DNA of 44,638 nucleotides from Candidatus Nanopelagicales bacterium (GTDB lineage: Bacteria; Actinomycetota; Actinomycetes; S36-B12): positions 1 through 44,638 of the forward strand of contig JBPCSL010000014.1 of the NCBI GenBank assembly GCA_051007175.1, written 5' to 3'. The notes below the pieces were generated by a model, which saw only the letters and a list, made by a program, of their open reading frames with translations, did not search any database and had not been told where the DNA came from. Numbering within the stretch: position 1 is the first letter of the stretch; the number at the start of each line of letters is the position of its first letter. Position numbers and translations under genes: made by a program. Of this stretch, positions 9,405-18,758 are shown one piece after another.

Positions 9405-9977
9405 ATGCGCATCATCGCGGGCTCGGCCGGCGGCCGGCGCCTGTCGACGCCGCGGGGAGCGCGCCCGACTACCGACCGCGTGCGCGAGGCGCTCTTCTCG
9501 TCTCTCGACGCCATGCTCGGCGAATGGGAGGGACTGCGCGTCCTCGACCTCTACGCCGGCTCGGGGGCTCTGGGCCTGGAGGCCCTAAGCCGCGGGGCGG
9601 CCGAGGTGGTCCTCGTCGAGCGCGATCGCGCCTCCGTGACCGTCCTGCGCGGCAATGTCGATGCCGTCGGCCTGCCTGGTGCGCACGTGGTCGCCGACGA
9701 TGCGGAGGCGTTCGCCGCCCGCGCCGCGGGGACGACGTACGACCTCGTGCTCATGGATCCGCCGTACGCCGTGGACGTCGAGGCGGTGCGCGGCATTCTG
9801 GGCGACCTGGCGAAGTCGGGCAGCGTCGCGACCGGGGCGATCTCGGTGGTGGAGCGCCCCTCGCGCGATGCGGCGGAGCCATGGCCTGCCGGGCCGTGGG
9901 AGCTCGTGCGTCGACGGGACTACGGCGATACGGCGCTTTGGTACGGTCGTTTCCTCGGGCCTCGCCAGGCCGAGTAG
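9405..9977 (+). CDS. rsmD: 16S rRNA (guanine966-N2)-methyltransferase
   Basis: ATG 9405 lies 1 nt after the recG stop. LDLYAGSGALGLEALSRGA is the SAM-binding motif and VLMDPPY is the DPPY motif. Length is 190 aa. Confidence 0.9.
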   Translation: MRIIAGSAGGRRLSTPRGARPTTDRVREALFSSLDAMLGEWEGLRVLDLYAGSGALGLEALSRGAAEVVLVERDRASVTVLRGNVDAVGLPGAHVVADDAEAFAARAAGTTYDLVLMDPPYAVDVEAVRGILGDLAKSGSVATGAISVVERPSRDAAEPWPAGPWELVRRRDYGDTALWYGRFLGPRQAE

Positions 9978-9992
9978 CGAAGGCGGAGGCAG

Positions 9993-10475
9993 ATGCGCAT
10001 CGCAGTGTGTCCCGGATCCTTCGATCCCGTGACCAACGGCCACCTCGACGTCTTTACGCGCGCGGCGGCGATCGCCGACCGCGTGATCGTGGCGGTCCTC
10101 ATCAACAAGACCAAGTCGAGCCTGTTCACGGTGGACGAGCGCATCGAGATCCTGCGCGAGGTGGTCGCGCCTCTGCCCAACGTCGAGGTCGACTCCTTCT
10201 ACGGGCTGCTCGTCGACTACTGCAAGGATCACGGCGTGCAGGCCATCGTCAAGGGTCTGCGAGCGGTGAGCGACTTCGACTACGAGCTGCAGATGGCCCA
10301 GATGAACTACCGGCTCGCTGGCGTCGAGACCCTCTTCGTCTCGACCAACCCCCTCTACAGCTACTTGTCCTCCAGCCTCGTCAAGGAGGTCGCACGACAC
10401 GGGGGAAGTGTGGAAGGCCTGGTGCCGGATGCGGTGCTGGGACGACTGCAGGCCAAACTAGAGGCCCAGGACTGA
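9993..10475 (+). CDS. coaD: Phosphopantetheine adenylyltransferase
   Basis: AVCPGSFDPVTNGHLDV is the nucleotidyltransferase motif. Length is 160 aa. An SD (GGCGGAGG) lies upstream. Confidence 0.95.
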   Translation: MRIAVCPGSFDPVTNGHLDVFTRAAAIADRVIVAVLINKTKSSLFTVDERIEILREVVAPLPNVEVDSFYGLLVDYCKDHGVQAIVKGLRAVSDFDYELQMAQMNYRLAGVETLFVSTNPLYSYLSSSLVKEVARHGGSVEGLVPDAVLGRLQAKLEAQD

Positions 10476-10498
10476 CGCGCGACAGCAGAGGAGAGGCC

Positions 10499-10981
10499 GT
10501 GGACGTCGACCAGAGGCTCGATGAGCTCGCGCAGATCGTGGAGCGGGCGAAGGCCGTTCCCCTGTCGGCCTCGTGCATGGTGAACCGTGCCCAGGTGCTC
10601 GATCTCATCGATGACATCCGCGATGCGCTGCCGCGCTCGCTGAGCGCGGCCGACGACCTGCTGGCCGAGCGCGAGGCCGTCGTGGCGGAAGGGCGCCGCG
10701 AGGCCGATCTCCTCATCGCCCAGGCTCGCGAGGAGCAGATCCGCATGTTGTCCCAGCACGAGATCTACCTCGTCGCCGTGGCAGAGGCCGAGGCCATCCG
10801 AGTCGAGACCGAGGACGAGACGACGCGGATGCGACACGAGACGGACGACTACATCGACGCGCGTCTGGCGACCTTCGAGATCACCCTCCACAAGACGCTC
10901 GCCGCGGTCGAGCGCGGCCGCGACAAGCTCCGGGGCCAGGTCGAGGAGGAGTTCGTCGAGGAAGGCCCACTGCCCTCGTAG
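10499..10981 (+). CDS. Coiled-coil DivIVA-like protein (resembles the Rv2927c/SepIVA-type gene at this position)
   Basis: GTG 10499 follows AGAGGAGAGG. LDELAQIVERAKAVPLSASCMVNRAQVLDLIDDIRDALP is followed by a long charged helical region. The family assignment is from memory of the synteny and N-terminal pattern, not from a search. Confidence 0.68.
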   Translation: MDVDQRLDELAQIVERAKAVPLSASCMVNRAQVLDLIDDIRDALPRSLSAADDLLAEREAVVAEGRREADLLIAQAREEQIRMLSQHEIYLVAVAEAEAIRVETEDETTRMRHETDDYIDARLATFEITLHKTLAAVERGRDKLRGQVEEEFVEEGPLPS

Positions 10982-11001
10982 CCGAGGCGGCGGGGCCTCG
11001 G
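10982..11001 (+). terminator. GC hairpin directly after the stop codon (possible intrinsic terminator without a U-tract)
   Basis: CCGAGGC (10982-10988) pairs with GCCTCGG (10995-11001) around a 6-nt loop. There is no T-run. Confidence 0.3.
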
Positions 11002-11045
11002 GCGTGTCGCCCGGGCTCCCGCGAGTGCCGTATTCTGTCCGGCGG

Positions 11046-11061
11046 CCGGCCACGTGGCCGG
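11046..11061. repeat. Perfect 16-bp palindrome CCGGCCACGTGGCCGG
   Basis: Read directly; the sequence is its own reverse complement. It lies between a TATTCT -10-like hexamer (11031-11036) and the yceD start candidates (11068 and 11089). Confidence 0.9.
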
Positions 11062-11088
11062 GTCCCAGTGCTGGAGTCCGGAGGAGCC

Positions 11089-11664
11089 TTGAGCACCCTC
11101 GACCCCCGAGCGCCGTTCGTCGTGAGCATTCGCGACCTCGGCCGGCGGGCGGGTGCCCTACAGGAGATCTCCCGGAGTATCCCCGCACCACGGGACCTGG
11201 GCGCAGGGCTGGCTGCGGTGCCCGAAGGCGCCGACCTCGACCTCGATCTGAGGCTGGAGTCGGTGGTGGAGGGAGTCCTCGTCTCGGGGACGGTGCGGGT
11301 CCCGGTGCGTGCAGAGTGCGCCCGTTGCCTGGAGCCGTTCACCTGGGAAGAGGACGCGGACATCCAGGAGCTGTTCGTGTACCCGCCACAGGACGCGCGA
11401 GGACATCGCGTGGAGGTGCCGGAACCCGAAGGCGACGACGATGTCCCGCCATCGATCGAGGGTGACCTCATCGACCTCGAGCCCACGGTGCGTGACGCGG
11501 TTGTCCCGCGACTGCCGATCGCGCCGCTGTGCCGGGAGGATTGCGCTGGCTTGTGCTCCGTGTGCGGGGCGCGGCTCGACGACGATCCCGGCCATGGGCA
11601 CGAGACCACCGACCCGCGCTGGGCAGCCCTCAGCGCCTTGCAGGACAACGAGAAGGAAGACTGA
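11089..11664 (+). CDS. yceD: YceD family protein (DUF177)
   Basis: Cys-rich motifs CARCLEPF ... CREDCAGLCSVCG are present, and the gene sits immediately upstream of rpmF. TTG 11089 lies 4 nt after GGAGG (11080-11084). A longer option starts at GTG 11068. Confidence 0.85.
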   Translation: MSTLDPRAPFVVSIRDLGRRAGALQEISRSIPAPRDLGAGLAAVPEGADLDLDLRLESVVEGVLVSGTVRVPVRAECARCLEPFTWEEDADIQELFVYPPQDARGHRVEVPEPEGDDDVPPSIEGDLIDLEPTVRDAVVPRLPIAPLCREDCAGLCSVCGARLDDDPGHGHETTDPRWAALSALQDNEKED

Positions 11665-11665
11665 C

Positions 11666-11839
11666 GTGGCCGTCCCGAAGCGAAAGACATCGCGCTCCAA
11701 CACCCGGCATCGCCGTTCCCAGTGGAAGGCCGCCACGCCGACCATCGTGACCTGCGCCCGCTGCCGCGAGAAGAAGCAGGCGCACACCGTGTGCCCGACC
11801 TGCGGCACCTACGCCAAGCGTCGCGTCCTCGACGTCTAG
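11666..11839 (+). CDS. rpmF: 50S ribosomal protein L32 (zinc-ribbon form)
   Basis: GTG 11666 lies 1 nt after the yceD stop. The translation is VAVPKRKTSRSNTRHRRSQWKA...CARC...CPTCG, 57 aa. Confidence 0.93.
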   Translation: MAVPKRKTSRSNTRHRRSQWKAATPTIVTCARCREKKQAHTVCPTCGTYAKRRVLDV

Positions 11840-11855
11840 GCCTCCTGCCCCGACC

Positions 11856-12092
11856 ATGCCCGCGGCTGAGCCCCCGGTGGCCGAGACCCTCGCCCGGGTC
11901 CTCGGCCTGCCTTCCGGGGGGGCAGGGGCGCTGCGCCCCGACACTCCCCTCGCGGCCCTGCGTGTGGACTCCCTCGCCCTGCTGTGCGTGGCCGACGCGC
12001 TCGCCGATGAGGGATGGCTGCTCGACCCGCAGCGGGCGCGCCAGGCTCGATCCCTGGGCGATCTCCGTGACTCCTGCGGGGCCGCCTCGTGA
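11856..12092 (+). CDS. Hypothetical small protein with an acyl-carrier-protein-like (PP-binding-like) pattern
   Basis: This is the only GC3-rich frame in the rpmF-rnc gap (67 of 78 codons end in G/C by my count). [19 protein letters not shown] has Ser39 in a D-S-L context, with flanking helices as in ACP. Its stop overlaps the rnc GTG (GTGA at 12089-12092). No SD precedes the ATG. Confidence 0.5.
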   Translation: MPAAEPPVAETLARVLGLPSGGAGALRPDTPLAALRVDSLALLCVADALADEGWLLDPQRARQARSLGDLRDSCGAAS

Positions 12093-12775
12093 TTCCCGAC
12101 GGGTCCGCGGAACTCGCACGCAGGCTGGGCGCGCACGTGAGCGACGAGATGCTCACCCTCGCGCTGACCCACCGTTCTTACGCCTATGAGAACGGGGGGA
12201 TTCCGACCAATGAGCGCCTGGAGTTCCTCGGCGATGCCGTGCTGGGGCTCGTCGTGACGGAGACGCTGTACCGCACCTACCCCGATGTGCCTGAGGGACA
12301 CCTGGCGAAGTACCGGGCCGCGGTGGTGAATGCGCGCGCACTCGCCGACGTGTCGCGATCCCTGGAGGTCGGCGACTGCCTCCTGCTGGGACGCGGCGAG
12401 GAGGCGACCGGCGGTCGCGACAAGTCCTCGATCCTGGCCGACACCCTGGAAGCCCTCCTCGGTGCCATCTACCTCGACGAGGGCCTCGCGGCGGCCGAGC
12501 GCGTGATCCACGGGCTCTTCGACCCGCTCATCGCCCGCGCGGCCGACCTGGGCGCCGGACTGGACTGGAAGACCTCTCTGCAGGAGCTCGCCGCGGAGGG
12601 CGCGCTGGGGGCTCCCGAGTACGTCGTCGACGAGTCCGGCCCCGACCACGCGAAGCGCTTCGTTGCGCGCGTCCGCCTGGGCGACCAGCTCTTCCCCGAG
12701 GGCAGCGGAGGCTCGAAGAAGGAGGCCGAGCAGTACGCCGCGGAGGCGGCGTACTCGGCTCTGCGCGATGCCTGA
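12089..12775 (+). CDS. rnc: Ribonuclease III
   Basis: [15 protein letters not shown] is the RNase III signature, and a C-terminal dsRBD (GPDHAKRF...[11 protein letters not shown]) is present. Length is 228 aa. Confidence 0.93.
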   Translation: MIPDGSAELARRLGAHVSDEMLTLALTHRSYAYENGGIPTNERLEFLGDAVLGLVVTETLYRTYPDVPEGHLAKYRAAVVNARALADVSRSLEVGDCLLLGRGEEATGGRDKSSILADTLEALLGAIYLDEGLAAAERVIHGLFDPLIARAADLGAGLDWKTSLQELAAEGALGAPEYVVDESGPDHAKRFVARVRLGDQLFPEGSGGSKKEAEQYAAEAAYSALRDA

Positions 12776-13628
12776 GCTTCCGGAGGTCGAGGTCGTCCGA
12801 CGCGGCCTCGACCCGTACGTCGCGGGGCGTCTCATCGATAGAGTGGATGTTCTGCATCCACGTGCGGTGCGTCGGCACACGCCCGGGAGCCGCGCCTTCG
12901 CGCATGCCCTGCGCGGGCGCACGATCGAGTGCGTGAGCCGTCGGGGCAAGTACCTGTGGTTCCGGCTCGATGACGGGGCGCTGGTGGCTCATCTCGGGAT
13001 GAGCGGGCAACTGCTCCTCCCGTCGACCGAAGCCCGGGACGAGACGCACCTCCGCGTGAGAATCCGGCTGTCCGACGCTGATCGAGAGGTGCGTTTCGTC
13101 GATCAGCGCACCTTCGGAGGCCTGCACGTCGACTCGCTCGTGGAGGACGACGCCGGTGGCGCAGTGCCGTCGTCGGTGGCGCATATCGCGCGCGACCCAC
13201 TGGACCCTCGATTCGACGATACGGCCTTCAGCCGCGCCCTGCGTCGCCGCGACAGTGGCATCAAGAGGTCCCTGCTCGACCAGTCGCTCATCTCGGGGGT
13301 TGGCAATATCTACGCCGATGAGGCTCTCTGGCGCTCCCGGCTGCACTACGACCGTCCAGCCCGCCTCCTGGCTCCCGCCGATGTCCGCTCGCTGCTGGGT
13401 CACGTGCGCGACGTCATGAGTGAGGCCCTGGCGCAGGGCGGCACCTCGTTCGACTCGCTCTACGTCAATGTCAATGGCGAGAGCGGATGGTTCGACCGCT
13501 CCCTCGATGCCTACGGCCGCGAAGGGGAGCCATGCTCGCGCTGCGGGACTCCCCTCGTGCGCGAGCCGTTCATGAACCGCTCCTCGTACCGCTGTCCTCG
13601 CTGCCAGCGCCGGCCGCGGGGCGGTTGA
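12768..13628 (+). CDS. mutM: Formamidopyrimidine-DNA glycosylase
   Basis: The N-terminus is [14 protein letters not shown], and the C-terminal zinc finger is CSRCGTPL...YRCPRCQ. There is an 8-nt overlap with the rnc stop. Length is 286 aa. Confidence 0.93.
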   Translation: MPELPEVEVVRRGLDPYVAGRLIDRVDVLHPRAVRRHTPGSRAFAHALRGRTIECVSRRGKYLWFRLDDGALVAHLGMSGQLLLPSTEARDETHLRVRIRLSDADREVRFVDQRTFGGLHVDSLVEDDAGGAVPSSVAHIARDPLDPRFDDTAFSRALRRRDSGIKRSLLDQSLISGVGNIYADEALWRSRLHYDRPARLLAPADVRSLLGHVRDVMSEALAQGGTSFDSLYVNVNGESGWFDRSLDAYGREGEPCSRCGTPLVREPFMNRSSYRCPRCQRRPRGG

Positions 13629-13675
13629 CGCCTGCGCCGGGCGACTGTCACGCTGGTGGCCCGAGGAGGATGGCC

Positions 13676-13861
13676 ATGGCCAAGGCGCTGTATGGGCAGG
13701 GCGGAGATGACGTTCGGCTCACGGCCGAGCTCAGCCGTCTCAAGGGCCGCGTTCGCGAGCTCGAGGCCGAGGTCCGCGTGCTGCGCGGCCTTCTCGGAAT
13801 GCCCGCCGACGACGCACCGCGCGACCTCCCGCCCCTGGTGGGGGTCGCGGACTCCCGCTGA
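13676..13861 (+). CDS. Hypothetical small coiled-coil protein
   Basis: ATG 13676 lies 6 nt after GAGGAGG (an in-frame ATG is also at 13670). GC3 is about 85% by my count. A heptad-like stretch LTAELSRLKGRVRELEAEVRVLRGLL is present. No family was recognised. Confidence 0.5.
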   Translation: MAKALYGQGGDDVRLTAELSRLKGRVRELEAEVRVLRGLLGMPADDAPRDLPPLVGVADSR

Positions 13862-13953
13862 GGGTCCCGCCGTCCTCGATCCGTCACCTCCTCTGGGTAG
13901 GGTGACGACGTCATCCGCGCCCGGGTCGAGGGCGAGCCGTCAGGAGGGGTCGC

Positions 13954-16900
13954 GTGCACCTGAAGAGCCTGACCCTCAAGGGCTTCAAGTCCTTCGCGTC
14001 CGCCACGACGCTGGCCTTCGAGCCGGGTGTCACGTGCGTGGTCGGCCCCAATGGCTCGGGCAAGTCCAACATCGTCGACGCCCTGGCCTGGGTGATGGGA
14101 GAGCAGGGCGCCAAGTCCCTGCGTGGCGGCGCGATGGCCGACGTCATCTTCGCGGGTACGTCGGGCCGGGCGCCCCTCGGCCGAGCCGAGGTCGCGCTCA
14201 CGATCGATAACACCGACGGTGCCCTGCCGATCGAGTACACCGAGGTCACGATCTCGCGCACCCTCTTCCGCAATGGCGGCTCCGAGTACGCCATCAACGG
14301 CACCCCGTGCCGCCTCCTCGACGTGCAGGAGCTGCTCTCCGACTCCGGTATCGGCCGGGAGATGCACGTCATCGTCGGCCAGGGGCAGCTCGACACCATC
14401 CTCCACGCCACCCCCGAGGATCGTCGCGGCTTCATCGAGGAGGCAGCGGGCGTCCTCAAGCACCGCAAGCGCAAGGAGAAGGCCCTGCGCAAGCTCGAGG
14501 CGATGCAGGGCAACCTCACCCGGCTCACCGACCTCACGACGGAGCTCCGCCGGCAGTTGAAGCCACTGGGTCGGCAGGCGGAGGTTGCGCGTAGGGCCGT
14601 GATCATCCAGGCGGAGGCGCGTGACTCGCGCCTGCGGCTGCTCGCCGACGACCTCGCCGGATTCCGATCGGCGCTAGCCGCGGAGGTGGCCGACGAGACG
14701 GCCCTGCGCGAACGTCGTCAGGAGGTCGAGACGGTCCTCGCCGCCTCGACGGCGCGTGAGGCTGCCCTCGAGGCCGACCTGCAGGCCGATGCACCCCTGT
14801 TGGCGCGGGCACAGGAGACGTGGTTCGGACTGTCCGCGCTGCGCGAGCGACTGCTCGGCACCTCGTCGCTCGCTGCGGAGCGTTTGCGCCTCATCGTGCC
14901 GGAGGTCGAGGAGGAAGCGCAGTCGGGGCGCGACCCCGAGGCACTGGAGGCGGAGGCTGCCTCGGTCCGCTCGGAGGAGTTCGAGCTCGGGCGCGAGGTG
15001 GAGCGCCAGCGCGCGGCCCTCGCGGAGGCCGTCCAGGCCCGAGCCGCTGCGGAGCAGCAGCTCGCTGCCGAAGAACGTCGCGTCACGCAGGAGGCTCGCG
15101 CGACGGCCGATCGCCGCGAGGGCATGGCGAGGCTCGCGGGCCGCGTCGCCGCCGCCCGATCCCGGCTCGAGGCCCGCTCCGCGGAGATCGAGCGCCTGGC
15201 GGCGCAGCGCGAGGACGCGCGCGCGCGAGCGGCCGCCGCCCAGCGCGACTTTGCCGCCCTCGAGAGCCAGGTGGCCGGACTGGACTCGGGGGAGATGGGC
15301 CTGGACTCCGCCTATGAGCAGTCCCAGCGCAGGCTTGCCGAGGCCGATGGAGTCGTCGAGCAACTCCGCAACGCCGAGCGCGATCATGAGCGTGAGCGTG
15401 CCGCGCTCTCGGCGCGACTCGAGGCACTGCAGTTGAGCCTGTCCCGTGGTGACGGCGCGGGTGCCCTGCTCAAGGCCGGCGATGCTGCCGGAGTCGTGGG
15501 ATCCGTCGCGTCGATGCTCACCGTGGAGCAGGGATGCGAGCGCGCGGTGGCGGCCGCGCTCGGTCCGCTGTCCGATGCCGTGGTCGTGCGCGACAGCGCG
15601 GCGGCCATCGCAGGACTCATGCTGCTGCACCGAGACGCGGCCGGGCGCGCCGCGGTGATCGTCCTCGACGGGGCGAATGCCGCCGACACCGTGACATCGC
15701 CGGCCCCGGCCGGCTCCCGATGGCTGCTCGATGTCGTGAGCGGGCCGCGTGATCTCCTTGATTCCTTGCGCTCGCGGCTCGCCGCGGTCGCCCTGGTGGA
15801 CTCGCTGGATTCTGCGGGATCGATCCGCTCGTCGGGCGTGACCGTCGTGACCCGCGAGGGTGACCTGCTGACCTCCACTCACGCGATCGGCGGTTCGGGT
15901 GACGCGCCCACGCTGCTGGAGATCCAGGTGGCCGTCGACGACGCGCAGCGCTCCCTGGACGACGTGCAGCATCGGCTGGAGCGCGCGCGCTTCGAGTTGG
16001 CCGCGGCGTTGCAGCAGCAGCAGGAGGCGGCCGAGGAGGCCGAGGCGGCGCTCGGGCGGCTTCACGAGTCCGACGCGAGGCTGGCGGCCGTTGCCGAGCA
16101 GTTGGGCCTGCTGGGCCAGGCCGCGCGATCGGCGACGGCGGAGGCCGACCGTCTGGGCGCGGCGGAGCAGGCGGCCCTGGAGGCGCTGGCGGCCGACGAG
16201 GCAACCCTCGTCGACCTCGAGACGCGCTTCTCCACGGCGGAGTCGGAGGCTCCGGAGGCCCACGTCGAGGATCGCCGAGAGTCGCTGGCCGCGTCGCTGG
16301 AGCAGGCCCGGGTGCTCGAGGTCGAGGCGCGTCTCACCGTCCGCACGGGCGAGGAGCGCCTGGCGTCACTCTCGTCGCGTGCGGAGGCGCTGGAGCGCTC
16401 GGCTCAAAGCGAGCGTGCCTCCCGGCGCCGCGCCATCGAGCGCCGCGAGCGGCGCGCACGCGAGGCCGAGGTCGCGAGCGCCGTGGCCCGCGGCATCGAC
16501 ATCGTCCTGCGACGACTGGAGATGTCGTTGGCGGCCTCGGATGCCGAGCGGCGTCTCCTCGAGAGCGCGCAGGCATCCCGTGAGGCGGAGCTGCAGTCGG
16601 TTCGCGCAACCCTGCGCGAGATGGGCTCCGAGCTCGAGCGGCTCACCGACTCGGTGCACCGTGACGAGATCGCCCGCGCCGAGCAGAGACTGCGCATCGA
16701 GCAGTTGGAGTCCCGCGTGGTCGAGGAGTTCGGGATCGAGGCGGAGGCTCTGGTCGCCGAGTACGGCCCGGATCAGCTCGTGCCGCCGACGCCGCCGGCG
16801 CCCGACGAGGTCGTCGACCCGGCAGCCCCCGAGCCGCAGCCCTACCCCTACGACCGCGCGCAGCAGGAGCGTCGCCTGAAGTCGGCGGAGCGCGGGCTCG

Positions 16901-17520
16901 CGCTCCTCGGCAAGGTCAATCCGCTGGCGCTGGAGGAGTTCACCGCGCTCGAGGAGCGGCTACGGTTCCTCACCGAGCAAGTGGAGGATCTCAAGCGTTC
17001 GCGCCAGGACCTGCTCGAGATCATCAAGGAGGTCGACGAGCGGGTGGAGCGGGTCTTCACCGAGGCCTACGAGGACACCGCCCGTGAGTTCGAGCGGGTC
17101 TTCGCCCGGCTGTTCCCCGGCGGCGACGGACGTCTGGTGCTCACCGACCCCGACAACATGCTCACGACGGGCGTGGATGTCGAGGCGCGTCCGCCGGGCA
17201 AGAAGGTCAAGCGACTGTCGCTGCTCTCCGGTGGCGAGCGCTCGCTCACGGCAGTCGCCTTCCTCATTGCGCTCTTCAAGGCGCGCCCGAGCCCCTTCTA
17301 CGTCCTCGACGAGGTCGAGGCCGCCCTCGATGACGTGAACCTCGGGCGACTCATCGACGCCATCGATGAGCTGCGCACGAGTTCACAGCTCATCGTCGTC
17401 ACGCACCAGAAGCGCACCATGGAGATCGCCGATGCCCTGTACGGCGTCTCCATGCGAGGCGACGGCGTCACCCAGGTCGTCGGCCAGCGCCTGCGCGACC
17501 GCGATCCCGTGCCCGCGTAA
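13954..17520 (+). CDS. smc: Chromosome partition protein Smc
   Basis: GTG 13954 follows CAGGAGGGG. Contains GPNGSGKSNIVDAL (Walker A), long coiled coils, LSGGERSLTAVAF (signature motif) and FYVLDEVEAALD (Walker B). Length is 1188 aa. Confidence 0.96.
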   Translation: MHLKSLTLKGFKSFASATTLAFEPGVTCVVGPNGSGKSNIVDALAWVMGEQGAKSLRGGAMADVIFAGTSGRAPLGRAEVALTIDNTDGALPIEYTEVTISRTLFRNGGSEYAINGTPCRLLDVQELLSDSGIGREMHVIVGQGQLDTILHATPEDRRGFIEEAAGVLKHRKRKEKALRKLEAMQGNLTRLTDLTTELRRQLKPLGRQAEVARRAVIIQAEARDSRLRLLADDLAGFRSALAAEVADETALRERRQEVETVLAASTAREAALEADLQADAPLLARAQETWFGLSALRERLLGTSSLAAERLRLIVPEVEEEAQSGRDPEALEAEAASVRSEEFELGREVERQRAALAEAVQARAAAEQQLAAEERRVTQEARATADRREGMARLAGRVAAARSRLEARSAEIERLAAQREDARARAAAAQRDFAALESQVAGLDSGEMGLDSAYEQSQRRLAEADGVVEQLRNAERDHERERAALSARLEALQLSLSRGDGAGALLKAGDAAGVVGSVASMLTVEQGCERAVAAALGPLSDAVVVRDSAAAIAGLMLLHRDAAGRAAVIVLDGANAADTVTSPAPAGSRWLLDVVSGPRDLLDSLRSRLAAVALVDSLDSAGSIRSSGVTVVTREGDLLTSTHAIGGSGDAPTLLEIQVAVDDAQRSLDDVQHRLERARFELAAALQQQQEAAEEAEAALGRLHESDARLAAVAEQLGLLGQAARSATAEADRLGAAEQAALEALAADEATLVDLETRFSTAESEAPEAHVEDRRESLAASLEQARVLEVEARLTVRTGEERLASLSSRAEALERSAQSERASRRRAIERRERRAREAEVASAVARGIDIVLRRLEMSLAASDAERRLLESAQASREAELQSVRATLREMGSELERLTDSVHRDEIARAEQRLRIEQLESRVVEEFGIEAEALVAEYGPDQLVPPTPPAPDEVVDPAAPEPQPYPYDRAQQERRLKSAERGLALLGKVNPLALEEFTALEERLRFLTEQVEDLKRSRQDLLEIIKEVDERVERVFTEAYEDTAREFERVFARLFPGGDGRLVLTDPDNMLTTGVDVEARPPGKKVKRLSLLSGGERSLTAVAFLIALFKARPSPFYVLDEVEAALDDVNLGRLIDAIDELRTSSQLIVVTHQKRTMEIADALYGVSMRGDGVTQVVGQRLRDRDPVPA

Positions 17521-17549
17521 CTCCCTTCGTCGCCTGCGAGAATCGCGCC

Positions 17550-18758
17550 ATGGACTCCCTCGTCATCTATCTCGGGCTCGCCGTGGCCCTCCTCGTGGTG
17601 CTCGTCGTGGCCATCGCCCTCGTGCGGGGCCGCCGGGGAGCGCCTACGCCCAAGCCCAAGCCGGGGATCGACTATGCCCCGGGAGTCGGGGATGACGACA
17701 CCGTCCCGCGCGATACGCCGCGCCGCTCGGTGGAGGAAGCGGTCGACTCGTCGGTGCTGGGCTCGACGGCGGTCCTCGAAGAGCCCGCAGTCGAGGACCT
17801 GGAAGCAGTCTGGGAGATCGAGGTCCCCGAGCCGGCGGGCGGTCGGTTCGCCCGGCTGCGTCGGCGCTTGGCCCGGTCCCAGAGCACTTTGGGCAGGGGC
17901 CTGCTCGCACTCCTCTCGCGCGACACCCTCGACCAGGAGACCTGGGACGAGATCGAGGAGACCCTCCTCACCGCGGACCTGGGGGTTGCCGCAACGACGG
18001 AGCTCATGGATCGCCTGCGCACCCAGGTCCGCGCGGAGGCGCCGCGCACGCCGCAGGAGGTGCACGACCTGCTCCGCGCCGAGCTCATCAGCCTGGTCGA
18101 TCCCGGCCTGGACCGTTCCCTGCGCACGACGAGGGATGGCGGCCCTGCCGTGGTCCTCGTGGTCGGGGTCAATGGCACCGGCAAGACCACGACGACTGGC
18201 AAGCTCGGGCGACTCCTCGTCGCGGAGGACCGGACGGTGGTCCTGGGGGCGGCGGACACGTTTCGTGCGGCAGCGGCCGATCAGTTGCAGACCTGGGGCG
18301 ACCGAGTAGGGGCAGCGGTCGTCCGTGGCCCCGAGGGGGGCGACCCTGCTGCGGTGGCCTTCGATGCCGTGACCATCGGCAAGGAAGCGGACGTCGACAC
18401 GGTCGTGATCGACACCGCCGGCCGACTGCACACGAAGGTCGGCCTCATGGACGAGCTCGGCAAGGTCAAGCGCGTCATCGAGAAGCAGGGGCCTGTCGAC
18501 GAGGTCCTCCTGGTGCTCGATGCGACGACCGGACAGAACGGCCTCACCCAGGCGCGCGTCTTCTCCGAGGTCGTCGACGTGACCGGCATCGTGCTCACCA
18601 AACTCGACGGGACTGCCCGGGGCGGCATCGTGGTCGCCGTCCAGAAGGAGCTCGGCGTGCCCGTGAAGCTCGTCGGTCTGGGGGAGGGCCCGGACGACCT
18701 GGCTCCCTTCCGGGCCGACGAGTTCGTCGACGCGCTCCTCGACGCCGGGCCGGCGTAA
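17550..18758 (+). CDS. ftsY: Signal recognition particle receptor FtsY
   Basis: It has an N-terminal TM helix, an acidic region, and an NG domain with VGVNGTGKTTTTGKL, DTAGR and TKLDG. Confidence 0.95.
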   Translation: MDSLVIYLGLAVALLVVLVVAIALVRGRRGAPTPKPKPGIDYAPGVGDDDTVPRDTPRRSVEEAVDSSVLGSTAVLEEPAVEDLEAVWEIEVPEPAGGRFARLRRRLARSQSTLGRGLLALLSRDTLDQETWDEIEETLLTADLGVAATTELMDRLRTQVRAEAPRTPQEVHDLLRAELISLVDPGLDRSLRTTRDGGPAVVLVVGVNGTGKTTTTGKLGRLLVAEDRTVVLGAADTFRAAAADQLQTWGDRVGAAVVRGPEGGDPAAVAFDAVTIGKEADVDTVVIDTAGRLHTKVGLMDELGKVKRVIEKQGPVDEVLLVLDATTGQNGLTQARVFSEVVDVTGIVLTKLDGTARGGIVVAVQKELGVPVKLVGLGEGPDDLAPFRADEFVDALLDAGPA

